Shown here: positions 55,601 through 64,000 of the stretch, in pieces
How positions within the stretch are numbered: position 1 is the stretch's first letter
Layout: each line of letters starts with the position of its first letter
Source: Mustelus asterias
Lineage: Eukaryota
Direction of reading: 5' to 3'
Assembly: GCF_964213995.1 (NCBI RefSeq)
Contig: NC_135825.1
Coordinates: 12,214,001 to 12,278,000, forward strand
DNA: 64,000 nucleotides
The notes under the pieces: model-generated
Databases searched by the model: none
Seen by the model: only the letters and a program-made list of their open reading frames with translations
What the model was told of the DNA's origin: nothing
Position numbers and translations under genes: made by a program

Positions 55601-57842
55601 CAGCTCACCTCCGGGCTGAGCAGCCTGTGGATTTGTTCCTGGGTCACCCGTCTCGATTCATTTTTTAATGCCTTTCCTGACTCAATGAACACGACCCAGG
55701 GATGAGATGAGGAGATTGTTTTCACTCAAGGTGTTGGGAATCTTTGGAATTCTCCACCGCAGAAAGCTTTAGATGTACAGTCTTGAAGGATATTAAACAC
55801 AGAGATTTATACATTTTTGTGGTACTAACATAATCGAGGGATATGGGAATAGTGCGGGAAATAAGATTTGAGGTTGGAGATCAGTCAGGATGTTGTTGAA
55901 TGATGGAGCAGGCTCAAAGGGACAAATGGCCATCTCCTGCTCTTATTTCTAATGTTCATCTTGAGGGGGAGAGGTGGCAGTATGAATCAAAAATTCCATT
56001 GCAGCCAGCATAATAGCATCAGTTTAATATGGGGCTGGTGTGAAAATTTAGATTTACTTTAAAAAGAAAATGATTACATCTTTGAAGGTCAAAGTAGACC
56101 AACCATGTACAAGTGATTGGATGGTACCATGGTGAGCCCGGCTGCCTCACAGGGCCAGTGACTTGGGTTCAATTCTGGCCTCAGGTGACTGTGTGGAGCT
56201 TGCATATTCTCCCATGTCTGCGTGGGATATCGCAGGGTGCTCCAGTTTCTACCTACAGTCCAAATATGTGCAGGTTAAGTTGATTGGCCATGCTAAATTG
56301 TCCCTTAATGTCCAAAGATGTATAGGTTAGGAAGTTAGTGAGGGAAATATGTGGTGTTACGGGGATAGGGCCTGGGTAACATGCTTAGCCGGAGAGTTGT
56401 TGCAGATGTGATGGGCCGAATGGCCTCCTTTTGTACTGTTGAGATTCTTTGAAGCAGATTTACCAACAGAGCTTCATAAAACAATATTTCATTCGTAATA
56501 ATTTAAATAATACAAACAAAAGAAGGAAAATGGTCTGTTGGCCTTCATAGCGGGAGGATTTGAGTACAGGGATAGGGATGTTTTGCTGCAATTGTACAGG
56601 GCATTGGTATGGCCTCACCTGGAGTATTGTGTGCAGTTTTGGTGTCCTTATCTGAGGAAGGATGTCCTTGCTATAGAGTAAGTACAGTGAAAGTTGACCA
56701 GGCTGATTCCTGGGATGACAGGTCTGCTTTATGAAGAGGGACTAAGTCAGTTAGGATTATATTCACTGGTGTTTAGAAGAGTGAGGCGGGATCTCATAGA
56801 AATTTATAAAATTTGAACAGGGTTACAGAGGGTAGATTCAGAAAGAATGCCCTCAATGGTGAGGGAGTCCAGAACTAGGGGGTCATAGTTTGAGGATAAG
56901 GGGCAAACCATAAAGAACTGAGATGAGGAGAAACTTTTTCACCCAGAGGGTGGTGAATGTGTGGAATTCACTCCCACAGAATGTAGTTGAGGCCAAAACG
57001 TTGTCTGATTTCAAGAAAAAATTAGATAGAGCTCTTGGGGATAAAGGGATCAAGGAATATGGGAAGAAGGGGATCAGGGTATTGAATTGGATGATCAGCC
57101 ATGATCAAAATGAATGGCGGAGCAGGCTCGAAGGGCCGAATGGCCTACTCCTGCTTCTAGTTTCTATTTTTCTATGTTTCTAATTGCAAACTTGAGGAAT
57201 ATTTTCCTGGAGCCTTTGTTGCCTCTGCAGTCTTCAGAGTCAATTCAATGAGCAATAATCTGCAATGGATCACAGGCATCTCTCAACTTGAGGGAGGGAC
57301 AATTGGTTACATTTAGTGTGGGGGGCAGGAATGGGGAAAGGTGAGGAGGCAGATTTCCATAAACTACCACAGCCGCTCTGAGGATTGAACCCCTGCCATT
57401 GGAATCATTCCGCATTGCACTCCAAACAACTGAGCCAATCAAACCCTCCAGTCTCCAGGATATATTGAGCATGAAACTACATTAACAAGTTAACTTTTAT
57501 TGGACTGAAATGTGTGGCTTCTGCATTTTAATTATATTAATCATGTAGCTTTTTAACAAAAATAAATAGGTTAATTTATATTCACAATCAATAATGCCGT
57601 TTATTATTTGCTGGGTAAATATTTCTGTGGTACAATACTATCAACAAAATAGCTACAAATATCACACAAATTCATTAATTTATTTTTGCTGAGTTTTTGT
57701 AGCTTTACATGTCTCCAAGTATTTCAATATCTCTGCGGGATAAACCATGCACGAGACTTAATCTAACACTCATCATCTCGGGATCCAGCTTTGTCCCTTA
57801 CTCACCAGGCAGAGAAAAGATGACAAGAATCAGAATCCACAT
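31576..57842 (-). CDS. Complete multi-exon IgSF receptor gene, copy B (leader-V-C2-V-C2-stalk-TM-tail, ~529 aa); CD300/pIgR-like V plus FCRL-like C2, MDIR-like
   Basis: Eight exons with GT-AG boundaries and compatible phases (1,1,1,1,1,2,0): 57806-57842, 54385-54705, 46150-46473, 45172-45480, 43587-43910, 39543-39621, 35124-35223, 31576-31671. They sum to 1590 nt with an open frame. Confidence 0.8.
33313..34255 (+). mobile_element. Truncated Penelope-like retroelement with inverted terminal pLTR and GIY-YIG fragment
   Basis: 33313-33569 is the reverse complement of ~33957-34213. The inner sequence encodes SCNSANVVYLIRC...WYIGET. Flanked by ATGTACCAGGAGG direct repeats. Confidence 0.85.
34325..34760. 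repeat. 36-bp minisatellite built from ~12-bp CAGTGYC subunits
   Basis: CAGTGCCAGGGGT-CAGTGCCAGGGT-CAGTGTCCATG, about 12 copies. Confidence 0.92.
35124..35223 (-). CDS. Transmembrane exon, copy B (SLLSFFIWNVIRWGLFTLLVICVISVTWFTRKSQ)
   Basis: Acceptor tatttcttccag (phase 2), hydrophobic helix with internal NxxR, basic RK stop-transfer, donor CAG|GTGAGG. Confidence 0.85.
37454..37546 (-). pseudogene. Relic C2 exon fragment (copy B)
   Basis: Identical to 499-591. Confidence 0.8.
39543..39621 (-). CDS. Stalk exon, copy B
   Basis: As copy A, with one synonymous TCC/TCT change. Confidence 0.75.
41937..43567 (-). mobile_element. 5'-truncated CR1 LINE (copy B)
   Basis: Counterpart of 4982-6612. 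Confidence 0.93.
43587..43910 (-). CDS. Ig C2 exon C2, copy B
   Basis: Same protein as copy A. Confidence 0.92.
45172..45480 (-). CDS. Ig V-set exon V2, copy B
   Basis: As copy A, with one E/G change (GRRGR). Confidence 0.9.
46150..46473 (-). CDS. Ig C2 exon C1, copy B
   Basis: Same protein as copy A. Confidence 0.92.
48487..53189 (-). mobile_element. Full-length Gypsy LTR retrotransposon (copy B, same insertion site)
   Basis: LTRs at 48487-48782 and 52894-53189, TSD GTTTC. Confidence 0.97.
48795..52844 (-). CDS. gag-pol: Gypsy Gag-Pol polyprotein, copy B
   Basis: Open ORF with ~16 amino-acid differences from copy A. Confidence 0.93.
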   Translation of the reverse strand: MEQILKADRLTLDPRAVGAANTFDHWWKCFEDYLAASVAITTDSDKLQVLHARVSDTIYLAIRAAPTYPGAVELLNKRYTKPPNEIHARYLLATRRRQSGETMEDYANELLQLARGCDCKDVSAEQYMYDLARDAFVAGVGSSYIRLKLLEKWKLDLTQAMEMAVMLEAASKSLALYPEDHVQSTWLEQAQLPPRPANPRSQIDPTTAAAPGGQRCYFCGGAKHPRQQCPAGTAICSQCGKKGHYGKVCRSKPKNGSAACNPPERRQSPSASQYPRGPTTCDPRTAPSWLTEEEEDHQESLRLAPSPMCDSWGRPSWSTTTGSDQQGSSASTSAACSDAQGPTVASISLDQTRHYRLENSMMDIKVSGRTVNCLFDSGSTESFIHPETAKRCGLRVLPAKQTISMASRSRSVPIQGRCMVTLEVQGTIYEQYRLLVLPHLCAPILLGLNFMVHMKSVILQYGGPLPSLAVGNQPQPPNCPKRPACNLSTLKITTPSLFKNLVPGCKPIATKSRRYSAEDRIFIRSEVQRLLKEGIIQASASPWRAQVVVVKSGNKPRMVIDYSQTINRYTQLDAYPLPRISDMVNQIAQYRVFSTIDLKSAYHQLPIRPEDRQYTAFEADGRLYQFLRVPFGVTNGVSVFQRAMDRMVDQNGLRATFPYLDNVTICGHDQQDHDMNLQHFLRTASRLNLTYNREKCVFRTRRLAILGYVVENGVIGPDPDCMRPLTELPLPASTKALRRCLGFFSYYAQWVPNYADKARPLIKSTTFPLTPEAQLAFKALKSDISKATMHAVDESIPFQVESDASDFALAATLNQAGRPVAFFSRTLQGPEIRHSAVEKEAQAIVEAVRHWRHYLAGKRFTLITDQRSVAFMFSNTQRGKIKNDKILRWRIELSTYNYDIMYRPGKLNEPSDALSRGTCAIMQEDRLKALHNDLCHPGVTRLYHFVKARNLPYSVEDVRSVTRSCRSCAECKPHFYRPDRAQLVKATRPFERLSVDFKGPLPSTDRNVYFLNIIDEYSRFPFVVPCADTSTATVIKAFSELFTLFGYPCYIHSDRGSSFMSNDLRQFLLSFGIASSRTTSYNPRGNGQVERENATVWKAVLLALKSRGLPVSRWQEVLPKALHSIRSLLCTATNATPHERVFSFPRKSSSGTSLPAWLTYPGPVLLRRHVRARRSDPLVEPVQLLHANPQYAYVAYPDGREDTVSIRDLAPAGDVATPVAPIPPVTNPLLLIASPDVARSAPGPVHNTFTPMYSLPETREIGATIITTTTTTKGSRIPCTIASPGPTGPGVLEGTARRCFGKNATASTCSGFATGVEEITASVRSSRPSGLVNSVYMTCFFLHPATFCS
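54385..54705 (-). CDS. Ig V-set exon V1, copy B
   Basis: As copy A, with one H/D change (PDLDPK). Confidence 0.93.
57806..57842 (-). CDS. Leader exon, copy B
   Basis: Identical to 22643-22679. Confidence 0.85.
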
Positions 57843-57934
57843 TGTTATCTTGGCAATGTTTCGATCAGTATTTATCGTCTGTCACCCAGCTCTTTGTTGA
57901 GATGTTGAAAGGCGGATCCAATAAACTCTGATAC

Positions 57935-58274
57935 GGAAACGAAATAAGATTGAAGAAAGCAGCAAGCCAGGCCTCAGGAAATTCCATCCTTCAGAAAGCT
58001 CCAGAACGGAGGTCCCAGCTGGCCACTGCTATCACTGGTTGTGCCAGCTCTAAAGATCCCCTTTAGCTGCTGATCTCCTTGTTCCAGCAGGCACAGCTCT
58101 ATATCTGCACCTTTGGTGACCTGTGGACAGTTACTGTCCGGCTTTGACAGTGTCGCTCAGTGTGGTTGATGACATCATGGGAGGTGTGATTCACCCTGAC
58201 ACTTCCTGCACTGTTGCTGAAAACAGAAAGGCCCAGAATTTGCTGAAAATACCACAGTGTGTAAACTGGCCAAT
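57935..58274 (-). promoter_or_regulatory. Putative proximal promoter (copy B)
   Basis: Same motifs retained despite several neighbouring substitutions. Confidence 0.45.
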
Positions 58275-61200
58275 GAACTGAGACAATGAAGAGATGTCAA
58301 ACGAAATAAACAGGCCACAGAATGTTCAGTCTCGTAACATCATCCTCCCTGGCCCAGAATGCGAACAATTATAAACTCTGGAGTTTCCCTTTCTCCTGGA
58401 TTGAATTAATGACCTGGATTTTCCAATGAGAGGAACGGCGAAGGTTAACAAACATTCACTGTTATTATGGAGTAAATGAGGTGGTAAATATCATGGCTGA
58501 TATTTTTCTCATCCCCATTCTCCTGCCTTTTCCCCATAACCCCTGACCCCCTTATTAATCCAGAACCGATCTATCTCTGTCTTAGCACAGCCAATCCACC
58601 TAACCTACACATCTTTGGACACTAAGGGACAATTTAGCAACTCCCCTCCCCCCCCCCTTGCCCCCAGTCCCCCCCCCCCCTTTGCCCCCAAGTCCCACCC
58701 CCTTTGCCCCCAGTCCCCACCCCTTGCCCCCAGTCCTCCCCCTTTGCCCCCAGTCCCCCCCCCTTTGCCCCCAGTCCCCCCCCTTTTCCCCCAGTCCCCC
58801 CCCCCCACTTTGCCCCCAGTTCAGAGAGGATGGTGGGTGCAATTGATAGGGGGAGGAGGGTCATGAATCAGGAATGGTCCCTCCCACTTGTGAAAATTGA
58901 GGATTTGGGACTGAGTTTGACTATTGTTCAGTGAGCCAACTCCGGCACAATGAGCTGAATCAATTCCTTCTGTTCTGTAGTTTCTAGAGGGCGGGGGGTG
59001 ATTCTCGTGATCTGCAACTTTTCCGGCCGGTCAGGCTGGGTGCTACGCGTCCTCGGCCTTTTTCTGGGATTTGCGCATGCGCCGGGAATACATGCGCTTC
59101 TCCCAGAGACGGAGAATAGTCGGAGTCCAGACCACGCTGGAAATCGGCGGGAAGACGGGTAAGTGATTTGCAATTATCGGGAACTTGCCGGGCCCGATTG
59201 AATCTCCCACCCCACCAGGAGCACTTCATTCCGGCGGGGTTTAGAGAAGATCCCCACATTCGGGGAACTAGCGGGAGACCCCGCCGGAATGAAGGGCGCA
59301 ACATCGGAGCCCCGCAGCGGGTCAGGTGCCGCCCTGGGCATGGACACCCTGGCAGTGCCAGCCTGTGCCCCCGGCACTGCACAAGGTGCCAATTGTCCAT
59401 GCCCAGAGAGTGCCTTGGCGCTGCCACTGGGCATCGGGCAATGACAAGGGGGCAAGGCCCATTGTGGGTGGAGCCGAGGGGTAATCAGTGGGGGGAGTGT
59501 CCCGCTGCCACTCTGCATGGTGATCGGTCTGGGCTGGGTGGAAGCCAGCGATCAGGGCAGGCTGTGGCGTGGGGTGGGGGGGTTCTGCTGGGGTGAGGGT
59601 GAGGGTGGTGGTGGGATCGCCACCAATGGGTGGGTGTGCTGGTCATCGGGACGCTCTGGGGCGGGGGATGGGTCAGAGCTGGCCCAGGAATTGTCTTGAG
59701 GGCCGCGATCAAGGTGTGTGGGGGGCCTGAGGGACAGCACTGTGGGGGTCCCGGGCTGGCCAGCAAACGGGGAGACTGACAGATCGGGGCCACTGCACAT
59801 GCTCAGAGTTCCGGAGCTGTCAGACTCCGGCGTGAATAGGCCCCGCCCCCTGGGTGTTCAATAAGATTCCCGATTGTGACCTCGGCATTGCACAGAGTGC
59901 GGAGATTCGAGTGAGAAACTGCACTGAAAAAACAGTCGTGATCCAGAACAGTTTTCCCACAAATTCAGCACTTTTGGGAGAATCGCCCCATAGGTTTCTA
60001 ATATTCACTCCCTGATGCCTCTCTCTGGGGTAACTTGTCCGCACCATGGTGGAGCTGATATGATCCCTGGTCATTCCTTCTTCACCCTGAATCATCTGAT
60101 GTTCAAGAAATGTAGCAACCCCCGTGCTGTTTGCCTGTGACAAATTCTGTATCAATGCTGATCTTCTCACTGCTGCAAACATAGCTCTGCATTTGGTATC
60201 TGACACCTATTGTACATTCACAGGGTTTCTGTCTCACACCACCCTGAGGATAGCAACACATTTTTCTTGCAGATTCAAACCATGAACATTGCAAGTTGCA
60301 GCAAACATGAAGCCACATTTATTTCCAATGTCAATCTCTCTCTTTGCCTTTCTCATCAACCGTTAAAGAATTTGAGGAGTTAATGGAATATTGCTGTAAA
60401 TTGGTGCTTATTTAGGATGGAGTCGTCACTCACAGAATTCCATACTCAATAAAAAATGATCAAACATTGGAATCATTTGGAAAATTCAGAACTCTGATTA
60501 CAATCTGTTACACGTGGGTAAGAACTTCACTCTGAGTAAATCTAAAGTTAGGACTCTCACTGACCACAGCCTTGGGTGGAGAAACATGTTTATTTTTTAT
60601 TATTAACTCATTCGTGGAATCAGCAACAACAGCAATAACTTTCTCTTTATAAAGTACCTTTCACTCAGCAAAACCTCCTCCGACATTTTACAGGAATGTC
60701 ATCAGGCAAGTGTTGCTGCTGAGGCAAAGATTAGAGGGGGGGAGGGGGGGGCGATTCTCCCATTCCGACCCGTGAAGTTTTGGGCGCGTCGGGTTGGGAG
60801 ATGTGCGTGTCGGCCATTTCGCGGGATCCCCGCGAGCGTTTACGACCCACGCGCATCTCCCAACCGGAAAAAAAATGGCACCGTTGGGACCGCGCTGAAA
60901 ACCGGCCTACCACTAATTTGCATCACTTACCATGCTTTCGCATGCTATTATTGGGAGTTACTGGCTGCTTTTTACATCTCCTCCATTAGCTTTGAGAAAA
61001 TGGGGGATCTTTCTTAAACCCCCCTGACTTAATGTAATTGTAACATTTAACAATTAATTAGCCATTAAACGGGCCACAGAATGTTCAGTCTCGTCACATC
61101 AGCCTCCCTGGCCCAGAATGTGAACAATTATACACTCTGGAGTTTCACTCTCTCCTGTATTGAATTATTGACCTGGATTTTCCAATGAGAGGAACGGCGA

Positions 61201-64000
61201 AGGTTAACAACCATTCACTGTTATTATGGAGTAAATGAGGCGGTAAAGAGGGTACGCATGTGCAATTAGAATCATAGAATCATAAAATCATAGAATCATG
61301 CAGCACAGAAAAGGTCCTTCAGCCAATCGAGTCCACATCGACACATTAGAAATATCTTAACCACCACCTAATGCCATCTGCCAGCACTTGGCCCCTCGCC
61401 ATGAATTTTATGATGTGTCAAGTGCTCATCCAGGTAATTTTTAATGGATGTGAGGCAACCTGCCTCTACCACCCCCCCAGGCAACGCATTCCAGACCATC
61501 ACCACCCTCTGGTTAAAAACGCTTTTCCTCACATCCCCCATAAACCTTCTGCCCCTCACCTTGAACCTGTGTCCCCTTGTGACTGACCCTTCAACGAAAG
61601 GGAACAGCTGCTCCATTTCCACTCTGTGCATGTCCCCTGTAGTCTTGTACACCTCGATCAGGTCGCCTCTCAATCTTCTCTGCTCCAACGAAAACAACCC
61701 AATCCTATCCAACCTCTCTTCATAACTTAAATTTTCTGTCCCAGGCAGCATCCTGGTAAATTTCCTCTGCACCCACTCCAGTGGAATTACATCCTTCTGA
61801 TAATGAGGTGACCAGAACTGCACAATGTAGTCCTGCTGTGGCCTCACTAAAGTTCTATACAACTCCAACTTGACTTCCCTGCTTTTGTAATCTATGCCTC
61901 GACTGACAAAGGCAAGTATCCCATTTATCTTTTTCACCACCCTACTAACATGCCCTGCAATCTTCAGAGATCTGTGGACAAACACGCCAAGGTCCCTTTG
62001 TTCTACAGAACTTCCTTGTGTCCTAAAATTCATTGAGTACCTTCTGTCAAATTAATCCTTCTAAAGTGTATCAACTCACACTTTAAGGGTTAAATTCTAT
62101 CTGCCACTTATCTGGCCATTTGACCATTCTATCTGTATCTTCTTGTAGCCCAAGACACTCTGCCTCGCTGCTAACCACCCGTCCAATCTTTGTGTCAGCT
62201 GCAAACGTACTAATCCTACCCCCCACAGAGTCATCTATGTCATTTATATAAGTCACAAATAATAGGGGCCCAACACAGATCCCTGCGGTACGCCACTGGA
62301 CACTGGCTTCCAGTCACTAAAGCAGCCTTCTGTCATCACCCTCTGTCTCCAACATTTTGAATTCACTTTATTAAATTACCCTGTACCCAATGTGCATTTA
62401 CTACTTTACAAGTCTCCCATGTGGGATCTTGCCATTCTGAAATGTACAAGTTGTGGCTCTAATTCCCCAGTTTCCCCAGAGGCTGTTCTATGCTGATACC
62501 TCACTGATAGAGGCAGCATGGAAACTGATGTAAAGACATGGGCCTGAATTTTATATCCTCCAAGGTTCAAGCAGGAGCTGAATGGGGCGGACTCGCCAGT
62601 CAGTCAGTGCGAGCACCAGAGAGGATGGTGGATACAATTGACAGGGGGAGAAGGGTCATGAGGCAGGGATGGTCCCTTTCACTTGTACAGTGCTCCATGG
62701 GCAGAGGATGCCAACAATCCAGCCCTCCAACACTGGCATACAGACAGGGAAATCCCAGTTGTCCCACCATGTGACCTGTTCATTATTGGAGATTTTAAAA
62801 TTTGTTCAGGAACTTAAAAAATTGTTTTATTGTTATTTAGTTTTCATGGGAAATGAGTATTGCTGGCGAAGACAGCATTCATTCCCCATCATTAATTTCC
62901 CTTGACAAGGTGGGGGTATGCCACTGTCTTGTACAGCAGGAAATGCAGCAACACCCGTGCTGTTTGCCTGTGACAAATTCTGTGTCAATGCTGATCTTCT
63001 CACTGCTGCAAACACAGCTCTGCATTTGGTATCTGACACCTATTGTACATTCACAGGGTTTCTATCTCACACCACCCGGAGGATAGCAACACATATTTCT
63101 TGCAGTTTCAAACCATGAACATTGCAAGTTGCAGCAAACATGAAGCCACATTTATTTCCAATGTCAATCTCTCTCTTTGCCTTTCTCATCAACCGTTAAA
63201 GAATTTGAGGAGTTAATGGAATATTGCTGGAAATTGGTGCTTATTTAGGATGAAGCCGTCACTCACAGAATTCTATACTCAATAAAAAATGATCAAACAT
63301 TGGAACCATTTGGAAAATTCAGAACTCTGAGTTCAATCTGTTACACGTGGGTAAGAACTTCACTCTGAGTAAATCTAAAGTTAGAACTCTCATTGACCAC
63401 AGCCTTGGGTGGAGAAACATGTTCATTTTTTATTATTAACTCATTCGTAGAATCAACAACAACAGCAATAACTTGTTCTTTTTAAAGTGCCTTTCACTCA
63501 TAGAATTTTGCAGTGCAGATGGAGGCCATTTGGTCCATCAAGCCGACACAATGCCACCCAGATCCTATCCCCATAACTCCACATATTTGCCCTGCTGATC
63601 CCCTGACATAATGGGGCAATTTAACTTGGGCAATGAATCTAACCTTCACATCTTTGGATTGTGGGATGAAACCGGAGCGCCTGGAGGAAATTCACACAGA
63701 CCACGGGGAGGGAATTGTGCAAACTCCACACTGCCAGTCACCCAAGTTCGGAATTGAACCTGGGCACCTGGCACTGTGAGGCAGCAGTGCTAACCACTGT
63801 GCCACCGTACTGCCCGGTAAAACCTCCTCAGGCATTTTATGACATCAGACAAGTGCTGTTGCTGAGGCAAAGATTAGATCAAAGAGACTGGTCAGTTTTA
63901 GGGAGAGGTTGGTGGAGTTTTGAATCGAGACAATTGGAAACATTTCTGTTCGCGATGTGGTGAAGACTTGGAAATACACGAGAAGCCACGGCTGGGGAAC

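Larger units (their letters stand above)
36956..64000. repeat. Segmental/tandem duplication, copy B (continues past window)
   Basis: About 99% identical to 1-28859 by eye. Lacks the 1.8-kb CR1 found at 16880-18676. Confidence 0.97.

Overview
This is repeat-rich vertebrate genomic DNA. The CR1 LINEs, HE1/V-SINE-like and Deu-type SINEs and the Penelope repeat point to a shark or other elasmobranch. The window holds two near-identical copies of a ~35-37 kb unit (1-~28860 matches 36956-64000; offset 36955, falling to ~35163 after a copy-A-only CR1 insertion). Each unit carries a minus-strand, multi-exon Ig-superfamily receptor gene. Splice phases allow a full reconstruction for copy B: leader - V - C2 - V - C2 - stalk - TM - short tail, ~529 aa. 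The V domains are CD300/pIgR/TREM-like and the C2 domains are FCRL/PECAM-like, which resembles the MDIR receptors of cartilaginous fish. The TM segment carries an NxxR motif and the predicted tail has no Tyr, suggesting an adaptor-coupled activating receptor. Copy A lacks its TM and tail exons only because they fall left of the window. Intron 2 of both copies holds a full-length Gypsy LTR retrotransposon (296-bp LTRs, 5-bp TSD, single gag-pol ORF). It has no tRNA-type PBS: the PBS position is a perfect 15-nt complement of the LTR's own poly(A)-signal region (candidate self-priming), and its RT motif is YLDN. Also present: a Penelope element with degenerate hammerhead motifs, minisatellites, an older nested duplication upstream of the gene, and a relic C2 exon. 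All alignments and counts were done by eye.
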